A stretch of DNA of 64,000 nucleotides from Mustelus asterias (GCF_964213995.1 NC_135822.1:1240001-1304000), one strand, 5' to 3'. Positions 1-12,442 are shown, numbered from the stretch's first letter. The notes: generated from the sequence alone by a model not told the origin. A program made the numbers and translations.

Positions 1-1905
1 ATCCTTTTGTAGCCTCCTTATGTCCACTCCACAACTTACTTTGCTACCTATCTTTGTATGATCAGCAAATTTAGCAAGCATACCATCAGTCCCTTCATCC
101 AAATCTTTAATATAATTTGTAAAGAGTTGAGGCTCTCAGCATTGATCCCTGCGGCACAGCATAGATCACATCCTGCCAACCAGGAAATGATCCATCTGCT
201 CCGTTTGCAGTTAGGTAGCCAATCTTCTATCCATACCAATATGTTACTCCCTCCACTATCAGCTTTTATTTTCCGCAATAACCTTTGATGAGGCACCTTA
301 TAAACTACTTTCCAGAAATCTAAGTACAGTGCATCCACTGGTTCCCCTTTATCCACATCACATGTGACTTCTTCAAGAAATGCAACAAATTGGTTAAACC
401 TGATTTTTCTTTCACAAAATCATGTTGACTCTGCCTGATTTCCTTGAATTTATCCAAGTGTCCTTCTATAATGTCTTTAAGAAAAGCCTCTAATATTTTC
501 CCTATGATGGATGTTAGGTTAATTGTTCTGTAGTTCCCAAATTTCTGTCTCCCTCCCTTTTTAAATAAAGGAGTTATATTTGCTTTTTCCAATCTAATTG
601 AACCTTCCTGTTAAGGCACGGCTGATGGTAAATGCCAAGATGCCCAAATCACAAAGGGAAATCTGAAACAGCTGCTAAAATGTCTTTTTGCAATTTGTAT
701 ATTATGAGGAGAGGTTCTGAAATCAGGAAATGATGTCTCCAACCAATTGTGATGATTTTATATTAAAGTAAATATTTATTTAAAAAATATAAAGAAAAAG
801 TAAAAAGTACACAAACACAGGAATATCTTCACACACTTACCAGTATTTTAAAAAATGTACTAAGTATCTTAACTTAAACTACCCTCAGTGCTAACCTTCA
901 CCTTTTCTGTTCAGCAACAATCCTTATAGATTTTAAATCTATAGGATTCCAGCAATTCTTTTAACCAGACGATGCCCTTATTCTCTTGTAGTGTCCTCCA
1001 AGGGCACTGGTTATGCAGGTCTAGCCTTATACACCCTGTCTTCTGGGAGATTTAAGAACATAGCCCCTCATACAGGCTTCAATAGTTTCTTCACTGTGTT
1101 CCTTCCCTTTGATCTCTCTATTGTTCATCCAGTCCCTTCAGAAGTGTTCTCTTCCCAGAAATGATCAAACTCCTTTCTTTACTGTAGCTTTTATGTTTTA
1201 AAAATAAACTTACCCTATTTTTACCTTACACATTATACAACTTGTACATCTCCCTTTGAACCAAAACAAATCATTCCAATGCCACGCCAATTGTTGCCTT
1301 ATGTAAATTATGATTAAAGTTCCTCTTGGTTCATTAACATATCAAAACCACTTCTTGTGGTTGGTTTAGACCGTTGCAGCCACTCTGTCTCTTACTCCAA
1401 TTACAAGCCCCCACCACCTTGTTTTCCTCTACATAAGAAATATGACAGTGATGTTGCAAAAAGCAAAATATTACAATTCCTTGTTTTCTTGACACTTCCT
1501 CAAATCTAGTGAATTTTGGTAAATTAAGACCAATACTTCAACTATCTCTCTAGCCACGTCTTTTTAAGATCCTAGGATGAAGCCCATCAGAACTAGGGGA
1601 CTTTGTCACCCACAATTCCAACAATTTGCTCAATATCACTTCCCTGGTGATTGGAATTTTCCCTGAGTTCCTCCCTCTCTTCCATTTCCTGATTTGCAGC
1701 TATTTCTGGGATGTTACTTGTGAATGCTATAGTGAAGACTAATGCAAAAGGTCTATTCAATACACCTGCTATTTCCATATTTTCCATTATCAACTCCTCT
1801 GAGTTATTTTCTATCGGACCAGCGCTCACTATGTTAATGTTTCTTTTTTAAATACCGATAGAAACTTTTACTATGCGTCTTTATATTTCTAGCTAGCTTT
1901 CTCTC
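1..1905 (-). mobile_element. Decayed CR1 LINE ORF2 (RT) fragment, interrupted by a solo LTR at 609-1494
   Basis: Minus-strand ORF pieces carry CR1 RT motifs (ANITPLFKKGGRQKFGNYR.I.LTS; DKGEPVDALYLDF). The sequence resumes after the LTR. Confidence 0.85.
609..1494 (-). mobile_element. Solo LTR (~886 bp)
   Basis: Termini TGTTAAG...CTTGACA, flanked by a perfect 5-bp TSD CTTCC (604-608, 1495-1499), and splits a CR1. Strand is inferred from the TTTATT near the left end. Confidence 0.75.
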
Positions 1906-3630
1906 AGACTTCCCCATGCCTGGCACAGATCGTACTGATCCCAAAGAAAAGTGTGCAGGCCTAAGCATTGTGCCCGGTGCCAAACAGTTTCAATTCTCCC
2001 GGCCCCTTCCAAATGGCGCAAACTGGATCGCGCCTAGAAAGGGCCTGAGGCCAATTAGTATATTTAAAGTAGCATTTAAATAACCAATTCAACTCTTAGC
2101 GCACGGAATTCTCCGGCCATTGGGAGAGGCGTAAGAACACGAGAATCACTACTGGTTTCCACCAACTGAGACCTGGCACAATGGCCACACCAGGGGGCTC
2201 AGGGGCCATTGAAGTCCCCAGGTGGTCGGGGCATAGCTGGGCAGTGCCCATCCAGCAGTACCCACCTGTCGGTGCCCACCTGGCACCCGAGCAGTGGTCA
2301 CCAGGCACCCTTGCAGTGCCAGTTGGGAACTACCAGTGTGCCTGGAGCAGTCCAAGGGAGTGGGGCCTGAGTGGGGTCTCTGATGGGGGGGACTATGCAG
2401 GGGTGGATCATATTGGGGTCATGATGGGAGGGCATGTCAGGAGTCAGGCATGTGTCTCATGTGTTTATCGCTTTTACCTTAAAATGCATGAAGGTTAACA
2501 TTAGAATTAGCGAGTTGCATGGGGAAAAAGGTAAACCACCAGGTAGGTTGGTTTAATCAATATCTGATGTATTGCTCATTATAACACAGTACAAGTTCTC
2601 AATTACCTCAAGTTTCCCAATGTATATATAAATATTCTGCCTATTATCTGCTCAGCTGGTCTTCAGTGATGGAGCAGGCCCAAGGTAACCATCCTGCTGT
2701 CACTTCCTGATGACTGATTGGTTTATTCTCCAAGTGCTCTTCTTGTGGAGAGATCCATACTTTGAGGGTCTTTGTTGCAATGTCACAGCAGTTCTTTAGA
2801 CTTGCCTTTTTGTGGTTTCTACACATGGGCAGGGCCTTCTCAAGACCATAATAACACAGAAAACTATCACTGGCCCAGTAACACAGTCAATCCTCTCAGA
2901 CTAGTGACAAGATCACCTGTCTGCCATTGTCTGGCCATTCCCAGCAATATAGCAAAGTCCATTTGTTGGTGTGTCAGAGTTTCATTTACAAGCTGAGGTC
3001 CGTTGTTTTATGATCCATACATTTGATTGATTAATTGGTCTCCTAACTGCATCATTTCAGAATCACACAAATGCTTCTCACAATGTGGAGAATCTCCAAT
3101 TGGGATCTTCAGTTTAATTTTTTTGCGGGGGGGTTGGGATTGGAGTGGGAGAACAAGTGAACTACATCAAAGAAAATAGACTTTTGAAGGTAAATTCTTG
3201 ATCAGATGGTGAGCTGGGGTCCCTGACAGAAAGTACACCCAGAAAATATTTCTGTCAGCCTTCCTGTGCAGGGTCAATCTGCAATTACCGCTCAAGCACC
3301 TCAGCCAATGATGAGAAGGTTTAATGAAGATTAAAAATTGAATCCTAATGAGCCTTTCATGAGCTTTCTGCTCAGACACCAAACATGCCTTGCACTGACA
3401 CTGAGCAGCCATGGGGTGGGGTGCTTTGCACAACAGGCATTCTCCCCTCCAGCACACGGGAAGGTACAACTGCACCAGTTCCCACTGTATAAGCCCCAAC
3501 AGGTTTAGTATTTAACCAGTTTATTGTTGCCTTATTAATAATAAAAAGTGTCAATAACAATGCAGTTCCAGTGAGCTGGACAAGATGATGTAAACAACTA
3601 ATGACATCAAATCTCAGGCTCTTTATAAGT

Positions 3631-3900
3631 AGAATAATTACTCATTTCAACTTTGCAAGTGGTTATATTAAGTAGCGTTAATGGACTTGTGTTTACTTAA
3701 ATTCCCTTGGGATTTCAGATTAGAGTGGTTAACAGGGCCATGTGATGTTGTTGTTTATGTGTAGCTCTGGATCTGCAGCAGAGAGAGAAAAACAAGCTTT
3801 TGCAAAGAAAGGAGTTGGAGTTTAGCTGTTCTGGCTGAAGCTAGGAGAGTTTAGAAAGCTTCGGAAAGCTCTATCTCTCTCGGAAAACTTCAAGGCTTCA
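3631..3900 (+). repeat. Partial copy of the LTR-like element at 4190-4939
   Basis: About 270-bp diverged direct repeat of 4325-4590 (agaataattactcatttcaac...). Confidence 0.7.
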
Positions 3901-4189
3901 TTATAGAGGATTTTAATAAAGTGATATTGTGCATCATAAAATATCCTGCTTAAACATGGGAAATGTATATTAAGATTAAACTAAAGCCCTATCAATGCCA
4001 GCAACTGACATGTTGGAGAATTATGTCAGTGATCTTTGTACTATGCAAGTGGGTTCTTCACAATGCTGATAGATGTTGTGCTGACAGAAAACAACAGCAG
4101 CAATTATACACGCACACAGTGTTTAACCCACTATAACACGGTCATCATGTTTCTGTATGTACCAACACATTTGTCTTCTGTATCACATT

Positions 4190-4939
4190 TGTGATGAAAG
4201 TGTGCCAATGGGATGTTTATATATTATGTGCATTTTTATGTTTCAGGAGAATGTTTTAAAGTTCAGCTTTTCTCAACAGGTTTCAGTATGTCAGGAAGGA
4301 ATACAGTTCAAATGTTGCGAGAGCAGAATAATTACTCATTTCAACCTTGCAAGTGGTTATGTTAAGTAGAGTTAATAGACTTGTGTTTACTTAAGTTCCC
4401 CTGGGATTGCAGATTAGAGTGGTTAACAGGGTCATGTGATATTGTGGTTAATGTGCAGTCCTGGATCTGTAGCAGAAAATGAAACAAGCTTTTGCGGAAA
4501 GCAGTTGGAGTTTGGCTGTTTTGGTTGATGTCAAGAGAGTTTTGAAGGCTTCTGAAAGCTCTATATCTCTCTGAAAACTCCAAGGCGGTCTACACTCATT
4601 ATAGCAAGCATATTTGTGATTGCTAACTATATTTAAAGTGGGTTTTAAGTCTGTAAGAAGAATGGTGCTCATTTGGAACTGAACTTAAAAATCAGAGTTG
4701 TTTCTTTTCATCTTTAAAGATTGTTCAACTGTTAAGAGTTAAGCTGCTTCATTTTGTTAGAGTTATACACAAAGTGTGTTATGAATAACACTTGTTTTGA
4801 TAAAGGATCCCAAATCTGTCAGTGGAATTACTCCTGGAGCAAAGTATCCTTTCCTCATATTCATGTCAAAATATAAAATATGTTAGGGTCTAGTCTGGCT
4901 CCATAACATACCTTCAGGCTCTGGTCCGGGACCCTAACA
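4190..4939 (+). mobile_element. Solo LTR-like element
   Basis: TGTGA...TAACA termini with a near-TSD (catt/tatt). Both ends resemble the reverse complement of the element at 11564-12442. Confidence 0.6.
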
Positions 4940-5730
4940 TATTTCTGTGGAAAATTCATGCAAGTTTTAGATGCTAGAATTGCAAATTAGAACTAAATTC
5001 AAGGTATTGGTGAAACGTCTGTTCACATTATCTTCCAACAAGCCAGACATATATTACAATAATAAAACTTAAAATATGTCACCCTACATTCCCTTTCCAA
5101 ACCCTCCCTTCCTATTCATCCCACCAATTCCTGATTTCATTCCACACTTCTTGTTTCCTACTATAATCTGCAGGCTTTTAAAACCTCCAAGCGCAGCACT
5201 TATTAATTACTATTTCTTGATTCATCTCATCTTCTTTCATGATCTTTTAATCTTTAGTGAAATCCTGCATTGTAGGACTTGATGTTATGCGCAACTTTCT
5301 CAATTACAAAAATATGAGTTTAACTGGAAATTGCTATTTTATTGAAAAGGGCTGTACACATTTGGTTCATATTTTTTAATTGTTAATTCTGTCATTGCTA
5401 AGAACTTGTTTCTAATCTGATATTCAGGGAGTAACATGGAGTAGGCCAATGCTCACCTCTAGTTCCTGAGAGTTCTGGATGAGATGGATTGGGATTTGCA
5501 TTCAAACTCTGAGGTAAGAATAATTTAAATGTCACTGCAGTAAATGCACGGCCCTTTCAATGTGCAGTTGATGTACACAGTGACACATTAATACTGTTTA
5601 GCAGTATATATTGACTGATTCCTTTTCACAAATGTCAGTAAAACAGATTTAGTTTTAAGGGATTTGTAATTTTATTGTTAAATATGAGAAATTAGGTACA
5701 GATTTTAGTGGATTTACTTTAGTGTCGCTG

Positions 5731-6805
5731 TGTAAGGAAGGATCAACCCATAGTTAGATTCAGGTTAGACAAAGGTATGTGTATGTATCATGGTTTGGAG
5801 AGTTAAACTCTGCCTCTTTTGTGTTTAAAGAAATAATGACATGGGAACTAAATGAAAGCCTGGAGAAGTAAATAGTCATTGCTTAGGAACCTTTAAGGCA
5901 TTTTGAGTTTAGTTGTAGCTGATTTTGTAGCAGTTGGATTTAGAAGGCCTAGAAGATAGAGAAAACATCTCTCTCAGCCTTGCTAGAAAGAAAACCATAC
6001 TATGGAATATTTTTTAAGAGAGATGCTGAAAACTTAAAGAACAGCTACTTAACGAAATTCAAGAAATGAGGAAAAGCTTTCAAGAAGTATGAGGATGAAG
6101 GAACAAAGGGAACAAGTACTAGAACAGAGAACTGTTCAGAAAAGACAGACAGAACTGCAAAGAGGGCTGAGATGCCAGAAAGATATCTAAAGTGATTTTC
6201 AGGTTTGTGAGATTTTGCAAAAGCCTATGGAACATGAGTTGAAATAATTGTGAAAATCGGTGGCTGGCTCGCAGTATTTGCATAAAAGCATTGAAGGCAA
6301 AGGAAACTGCAATGGAGAGGTGGAAAACCTGGTGCTGGATTTCTTGTTGAAAGTGGAGTGGATGCTTTGCTTGAAGGGATAGCTGGAAAACCTGGAGTGG
6401 ATTATTAATGCAAAAAGCTGATGGCAAGCATTCTTTGAAAGAAGATTTTAAAGTCTGTCTTTTTGGGAGTGGAGTTTAGAAACTCTCATGTGACAATCAT
6501 CTGAAGGGATTGTAGAGAAATCCATGCAAGATCAGTTGAGTGGCATTGGCCATTTGGTTCAGAGTAGACTACTATTTTTAAAAACTGTATACATTTGTGA
6601 AGTTAAGGGTGGGGGGGGGGGGGTAAAGGGGTATTGTATTGTAATTAAACTTTTCATGTTTAATAAATGTTTGTCTCCTGTTGTTGAAAATAATTAGTAG
6701 TCCCGTGGCTCTGTTTCTCCATATGTTCTAAACATAAAGGTCCACTTACGATCTTTTGAGCTAGAAAATCATTCTGGAATTTTCCCATCCACTAGGATTG
6801 TAACA
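5731..6805 (+). mobile_element. Probable solo LTR
   Basis: TGTAA...TAACA termini and AATAAA at ~6662, with the same architecture as neighbouring LTR-like elements. No clear TSD. Confidence 0.4.
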
Positions 6806-8218
6806 CTAACACATGAACAATACATTGCAGATACTGTAAATTGAAACAAAAACAGAAAATGCTAGAAATACTCCATGGGTCTGGTTGGATCTGTGGAAAG
6901 AGAAATAAAGTTAACATTTCAGATTAAAGACCTTTCACCTAAAATAATTGGTTATTCATATCAATGTTGTTTGTTGCACCTTGCCCTGTATTCCTACATG
7001 ATGTGATTATACAGTAAAAGTTATTCCTTGTCTTTGAGGTACTTTGAAACAACTTTGAATGCAAAAGACACCATTTAACTGCAAGCCCATTCACTCAGCA
7101 GCAATAGCTTCAGAGCACAAGTCAATCAGTTTGATTGGACAATAAACAATGCAGCTTTTGCCTCACGCATGTCTCTGGATGCTTCCCACTCACTGGGTCC
7201 AACAGTCAAAGGTGATTCATGACTTTGAAAACAAACTGCGCACATACAAACTTTTATGGCCTCAATATTGCCTTATAAAGTTTGCAACTTTAACCAAAGT
7301 GTAAATGTGCCATTTGTGTGCAGGATTAAAGTTTGTACCCAGTTGCTAACCACAGAATATGCTCTAGCAGAAAGCCACCTGCGCATTTGTCATTTCAGGA
7401 AATCAATTGTGTTTAGCTGGATGCACATCTTTGAAGTACAATAGCGGTTTTTCTTTAATATCTGAAATTCCGCTACATTTTATATCCACATAATACAATG
7501 TGTATTAATTTGTGCATGATTTAGTACCAAATATTTTAATATAAAGCAAGAATGAACTGTTATCACTTATAATCAGGATTGTTCAGATACGGGGCTTGAT
7601 TTTAACTGTGAGTAGGTTTCAGGCAGATGCTGGTATTGTGGGTGGTGGCAGGATGTGGGAAAAGTAGAACAATTGTACATTGTGTTAAGAGCACAGCTGA
7701 TGTTAAAGGCTAAGGTATTTCCAAAACTCAGAAGGGAAATTTGTATAATGTGAGGAAAGATGTGAAGACCAGTGAAGGAGGTCCCAGACTCTTTTGTGAT
7801 GATTTAAACCACAATAAGGGTTTATTAAACAGTAAAACACACAAGAAAGCCACTTAAAATTCAGTTACCTACAGTAATGGCTAGATACAAGAGATCTTTA
7901 AATTTACCCCGTTCTAAACCTGTTCTTTTTCTAATCTCAGAGCTAAACTCCCAAACATCCCATAGGTTTTTAAATTTAAGCTAAATCTAGCAATAGTTAC
8001 CACACTGAGCACCTATCTCTTTTGGGATTGCTTCTAATTTCTCAAATCAGGCTTCCTTCAGGCATAACTTGTACAGAGTGAGCACAGCTTCCTGCCGTGT
8101 GGATGTGATCTCAAAACTAGCTCCCGACAAAGAGCGTTTTTGCCTCTAATATACTTTATTTTCAATCTTCCCTTATTTGAATTAATTTTCTCAGAGATTG
8201 CCCATGTTTACCTTTATT

Positions 8219-8467
8219 GCCAAAGAGAAAATGCTGGAAAATCTCAGCAGATCTGGCAGCATCTGTAAGGAGAGAAAAGAGCTGACATTTTGAGTCCAAA
8301 TGACCTTTGTCAAAATTCTTTCGGGTCCAGATGACCAGCTTTGACAAAGGGTCGTCGGGACTCGAAACATCAGCTCTTTTCTCTCCTTAGAGATGCTGCC
8401 AGACCTGCTGAGATTTTCCAGCATTTTCTCTTTTGGTTTCAGATTCCAGCATCTGCAGTAATTTGCT
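8219..8467. mobile_element. Penelope-like (family B) fold-back terminal-repeat insertion
   Basis: About 95-bp inverted arms (8220-8314 / 8340-8436), a hammerhead-like motif, and a 12-bp near-TSD TTTAC(C/T)TTTATT (8207-8218, 8468-8479). Confidence 0.7.
8337..8375 (+). ncRNA. Minimal type I hammerhead ribozyme-like motif with U3-A8 core variant
   Basis: AGCT-TTGACAA-a-GGGTC..GACTC-GAAAC-ATC-AGCT. The opposite arm also reads TTGACAA. Confidence 0.5.
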
Positions 8468-8661
8468 TTTACTTTTATTACCTGAGCCCACCTTTCAGAA
8501 TGTAAATGTGAAATTTACCCCCATCTCACATTATTACCAAGCTCTCCCTAGGTAAACACTTGCTCTGTTTATGCTAATCAACATATCCAAGCCTGAGTTC
8601 TCACAACTCAGATAATTTGTCTCTTTTCCATCTTTAAAAGCCTGTTTTCCTTTCAAACACA

Positions 8662-8745
8662 GTAAGAAGTCTCACAACACCAGGTTAAAGTCCAACAGGT
8701 TTATTTGGTAGCAAATACCATAAGCTTTCGGAGCTTTCCACATCA
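8662..8745. mobile_element. Penelope-like (family A) micro-insertion
   Basis: Matches the termini of the 33736-35459 element and ends in the inverted terminal piece TCCACATCA. Direct repeat TTCCTTTCAAACACA at 8647-8661 and 8746-8760. Confidence 0.8.
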
Positions 8746-9246
8746 TTCCTTTCAAACACACAGCCCCCAGAACACATTCCCAATTATTGAACTTCTTACT
8801 TTTCCGTTGTATTACAATGCCCTAACAATAGTGAGGATTGTAGGAACAGGAGGAGGTTGTTTAATTCCTCAACTCTGTTCTGTCATTCTATGAGATCATT
8901 GCTGACCTGTAGCCTAACTCCATATAATCCCTTTGTCCCATATTCCTTAATGCCCTCTGTTTATAAACACCTAGCAATCTCAGATTCAAATTAACTAATG
9001 ATCCAGCATTGAATGCAATTTTCAGGAGAGATTCTCAAACCTCTACTACATTTTGTATGAAATTCCAGAATGGATAAACCCTATTAACTCAACCTCCCCT
9101 CTCATCCCAAAAGGACGCATAGTACTCCTGGTATACCCTCAGCAAACTCTGTATAATAGTGGCAGGCTTCGCTCGCTCTTGTAATCCAACATTACTACAT
9201 CAACAACTGTATTCATATAACATCCTAAATTGGAAAAACAATCCAA

Positions 9247-9525
9247 GGTGGCAGCATGGTGACTTAGCACAGCGCCAGGTTCAATTCCTGGCTGGGTCAA
9301 TGTCTGTGGAGTCTGCACATTCTCCCTATACTGTATGGGTTTCCTCTGGGTGCTCCGGTTTCCTCCCATAGTCCAAAAGATGCGTTGGTTATGTCGATTG
9401 GCCATGCTAAATTCTCCCTCAGTGTACCCGAACAGGTGCTGGTGTGCGGCGACTAGGGGATTTTCACAGTAACCTCATTGCAGTGTTAATGTAAGCCTAC
9501 TTGTGGCACTAATAAAATAAACTTT
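9247..9525 (+). mobile_element. tRNA-derived V-SINE (HE1-like), tail type 2
   Basis: B-box-like GGTTCAATTCC, V-SINE core (gggtttcctc.gggtgctccggtttcctccc), tail cacagtaac.tcattgcagtgttaatgtaagcctacttgt. Confidence 0.8.
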
Positions 9526-10125
9526 AAAATTGAAGGTGCTTCGCATGGGCTAAGTTAAAGAGAATACACTGACTCGGACATTCACATTTCCGGTGTAATA
9601 ACTCCATTCTGCTGTATTTGACTTCAGCGAAAACTGGATTTGATTTGGCACAGTATCTCTGATAAATAAGCTGAAATAAGTTAAAATAACCCAAAGCAAA
9701 TCAAATCCATTTCCATTTGAGCTCCGTCCAGGCCACTGCACTGCATTCCAAACGCTGAAACATTGTCAGCATCCTCGCTATCTCCAACTCCCAGTAATTT
9801 CTCCCAGCATTATCCAGTCTCTCACTGTCTCCATCCCCCAGCCCAATCCATTCTCAATCCTGGTTTGAAATTCCCCCTGTTAAAACCTGCCACTTTCTCC
9901 AGCTCTCTCTCTGAAGGGCTGTTGGAGCTGATGAGAATATTTGGACCTTCACAGATAATACTTAAAATAAAAAACCAATTAAGATGACAATTAAAGATTT
10001 GTTGGATTGAAAAAGGGGCAGTCGCCAGTGTTATTTTGTTGGGACATCAAAGGGATTAAAGGGAGAGGAGTTTGTGAGTCTGACACAGGATTCTAACGCT
10101 ACATCCTGCCGTGAGCACCGCCCTG

Positions 10126-10131
10126 TATAAA
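10126..10131 (+). promoter_or_regulatory. TATA box of the TCR V promoter
   Basis: TATAAA lies 41 bp upstream of the leader ATG (first base to first base). Confidence 0.5.
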
Positions 10132-10166
10132 GGAGCTCTCCCTGTGTTAACCCAGTTTGTGTGAAG

Positions 10167-10212
10167 ATGCAATCCGAACCATTCACTGTCTTCATCTTTC
10201 TGTCATTGGCAG
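10167..10212 (+). CDS. TRBV: TCR V segment leader exon (L-part1)
   Basis: ATG..MQSEPFTVFIFLSLA-G|gtgag: a 46-nt hydrophobic exon with the phase-1 donor typical of antigen-receptor leaders. Confidence 0.85.
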
Positions 10213-10372
10213 GTGAGTATTTCAGTAGTTTAGCAGTGAGGGTTCCAATTGTACAATACACTTTATTTGAGAAGTTACGCTTCCATTGACTAAGGAAATG
10301 CTTCTGTTTATAATCAAACGTTTCATAATTCTCGGAATTTCCGTGATTAATCTGAATGTTTTCCTTATTTAG

Positions 10373-10675
10373 GCGCCGCTCCCGACAATATTGTCACCCA
10401 ATCTCCTCCTGCGACAATGTTTGTGGGGCAGGTTGTGGAAATAAGCTGCACCCAGACCAGCAACTGGGATTACATGTACTGGTACAAGCAGATTCCGGGA
10501 GGAAGCCTGAACTTCATCCTGTATGTTCAGCAAGCATTTGAAAGCCAGAACCCGTTTACCTCGGAAATTCCAGCGAGATTCAATGTTTCTCGGGCAGAGA
10601 TTCGCAACTGCAGCCTAGTAATCAACTCACTCCGGCTGAGTGACAGTGGGCTGTATTTCTGCGCTGCTAGTTTCA
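10373..10675 (+). CDS. TRBV: T-cell receptor variable gene segment, most likely beta chain
   Basis: tttag acceptor, in frame with the leader: GAAPDNIVTQSP..VEISCTQTSNWDYMYWYKQIPG..RFNVSR..SLRLSDSGLYFCAAS. Canonical Cys-Trp-Cys Ig V-set. YMYWYKQ, RFNVSR and CAAS are TRBV-like. Followed by an RSS. Confidence 0.85.
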
Positions 10676-10713
10676 CACAGCGAGGCAAACAGGAGTGAGT
10701 TCATACAAAAACA
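10676..10713 (+). other. V(D)J recombination signal sequence (23-class; 22-bp spacer)
   Basis: Heptamer CACAGCG 10676-10682, spacer 10683-10704, nonamer ACAAAAACA 10705-10713. Confidence 0.9.
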
Positions 10714-10754
10714 TCACTCACAACTGAACCCTGCCTCAACACAGACTTGCTTCC

Positions 10755-11563
10755 CGCTGAGTCTAAAACCAGAGGACACAATCTCAGAGTAAGACTGAGC
10801 TGAGGAGGAATTTCTTTACTCAAGAGGGTGGTGAATCTTTGGAATTCTCTACTCCAGAGGACTGTGGAAGTTAAATCATTGAACATGTTCAAGTCAGACA
10901 TGATAGATTTCTGAAAACTAATGACACCAAGGGATTGTGGGGAAAATAGTGTGAGACCTAGGTGACCAGCCAGGGTAGTGGGTGCCTGGAATTCACTGCC
11001 CGAGTTGATGGTGGAGGCAGAGATTCTAAACTCTTTAACAAGTACCTGGATCTGCACCTTAAGTGCTGTAAGCTACAGGGCTATGGGTCCGGTGCAGGAA
11101 GATGGGATTAGAAAGGGCACCTTGGTGTCATTGGTCTGGCATGGACACAATAGGCTGAATGGTCTCCTTCTGTGCTGTAGCTTTTCTATTCTGTTTGAAG
11201 GTGAAACCGGATCAATGGGCTGAATGGCCTACTCTTGGCCCAAGTTCCTATGTTCTTCAGTCGATGGTGTAATTTTGCAGACATTTCAAGGTTATAATCT
11301 TGAATCTTATAAAGTTTTTTCGGAATTGCTATATGTAATTTTGTGGAAAGTGGTTAGACATCAGCAATCCTAGTTCTAAGGTTGGGTCATTGAATTCATT
11401 CAGGCTTGAGTTTGAGAGATGTTTAATTGATCAGGGTTGGGGGGTATTGAAGGGTTATGGTGGGCAGACAGGAAAGTGGAGTTGGCAGTACAATCAGATC
11501 AGCCATGACCTTGCCAATGCTGGAGCAGGCTTGAAGGTTGGAATGGCCTTCTCCTTCTCCTAA
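10755..11563 (+). mobile_element. Nested CR1 3'-end fragments
   Basis: Motifs RVVNLWNSLP / AWNSLPE and CR1 tails (ggctgaatggcct...ttcctatgtt). Confidence 0.75.
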
Positions 11564-12442
11564 TGTTATGGACCAGATCAGAAAGTCCAAGGTATATTAT
11601 GTAGTTAGCCTAGACACTAATCATTTTTGATTTTGGCATTAGTGTGAGAACAAAGTGTTCCACTCCAGGTGTGATTCTATTCACCCACTAGGAAGCTTTT
11701 ATGAAAACAAAATTTATTTACCAACACAGTTCAAATGTACCAAAAAGAATTAGCATAATCTTTACCAATTGAAATACTTAAACAGAACAAGGTATAATTC
11801 TTAACTGCTAGTTAGTTCTATTAGTTTCAATTTAAGCAATATCCCCATAGACATAAACTCCTCTTAAGAATCAGTTAATAAGACACACAGGATTACATGA
11901 ACTTTCAGTCCTCCAGCCATTTTACCCCTCTAGACAGAGGTACAGCGAGACACCCATCTTCTGATTCGCAGACAGCAGCCTCCAGAGGAAGAGGAAAACC
12001 TATCTTCACAAAGCAGAACTCCAGGGAGGGAGAAGGAGAAAACAGCTCCTGCATTTTGCAGACCTTTGGAGATATATCTATCTTCCAGCAGGTCCCAGAC
12101 TTCAATATCCAGAAAGAGAGAGAGAGAACAAGAGCTACTGCTCTTTTCAAATTCAAATTGCAACTGCTTGCTTTTTTACTCTCTGTAAGCCTATCCACAC
12201 ACATGATTCTCTTGTCAATCAACCTAATCAAACCCTACTCTGAAAACCCAAGAGGATAACCCTAACATAACAGATTAAAACAAACACTCTAATAATTAGG
12301 AAGAATTAACCTACTGCAGTATCAACAGGTGGCCTGTCAGTTGTGCACAATTCAATATCATTAAACAGAGTTGAAATAAAAACACAATCTTCACCAGAAA
12401 CATGATACAAAATACATTTCTTAAAGGCACAGTATTATCACA
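11564..12442 (-). mobile_element. Solo LTR-like element
   Basis: TGTTA...TCACA termini, near-TSD ctaa/ttaa, inserted in a CR1 tail, related to 4190-4939. Confidence 0.6.

Noticed and set aside
1905-2480. GC-rich segment with short ORFs
   Set aside because: Probably an unclassified repeat. No coding motifs, termini or second copy in the window.
5440-5520. Possible exon ending TCTGAG|GTAAGA
   Set aside because: No recognisable peptide or partner exons.
7761-8816. Possible solo LTR hosting two PLE insertions
   Set aside because: LTR-like composition and TG/CA candidates are present, but there is no TSD and the boundaries are not supportable.
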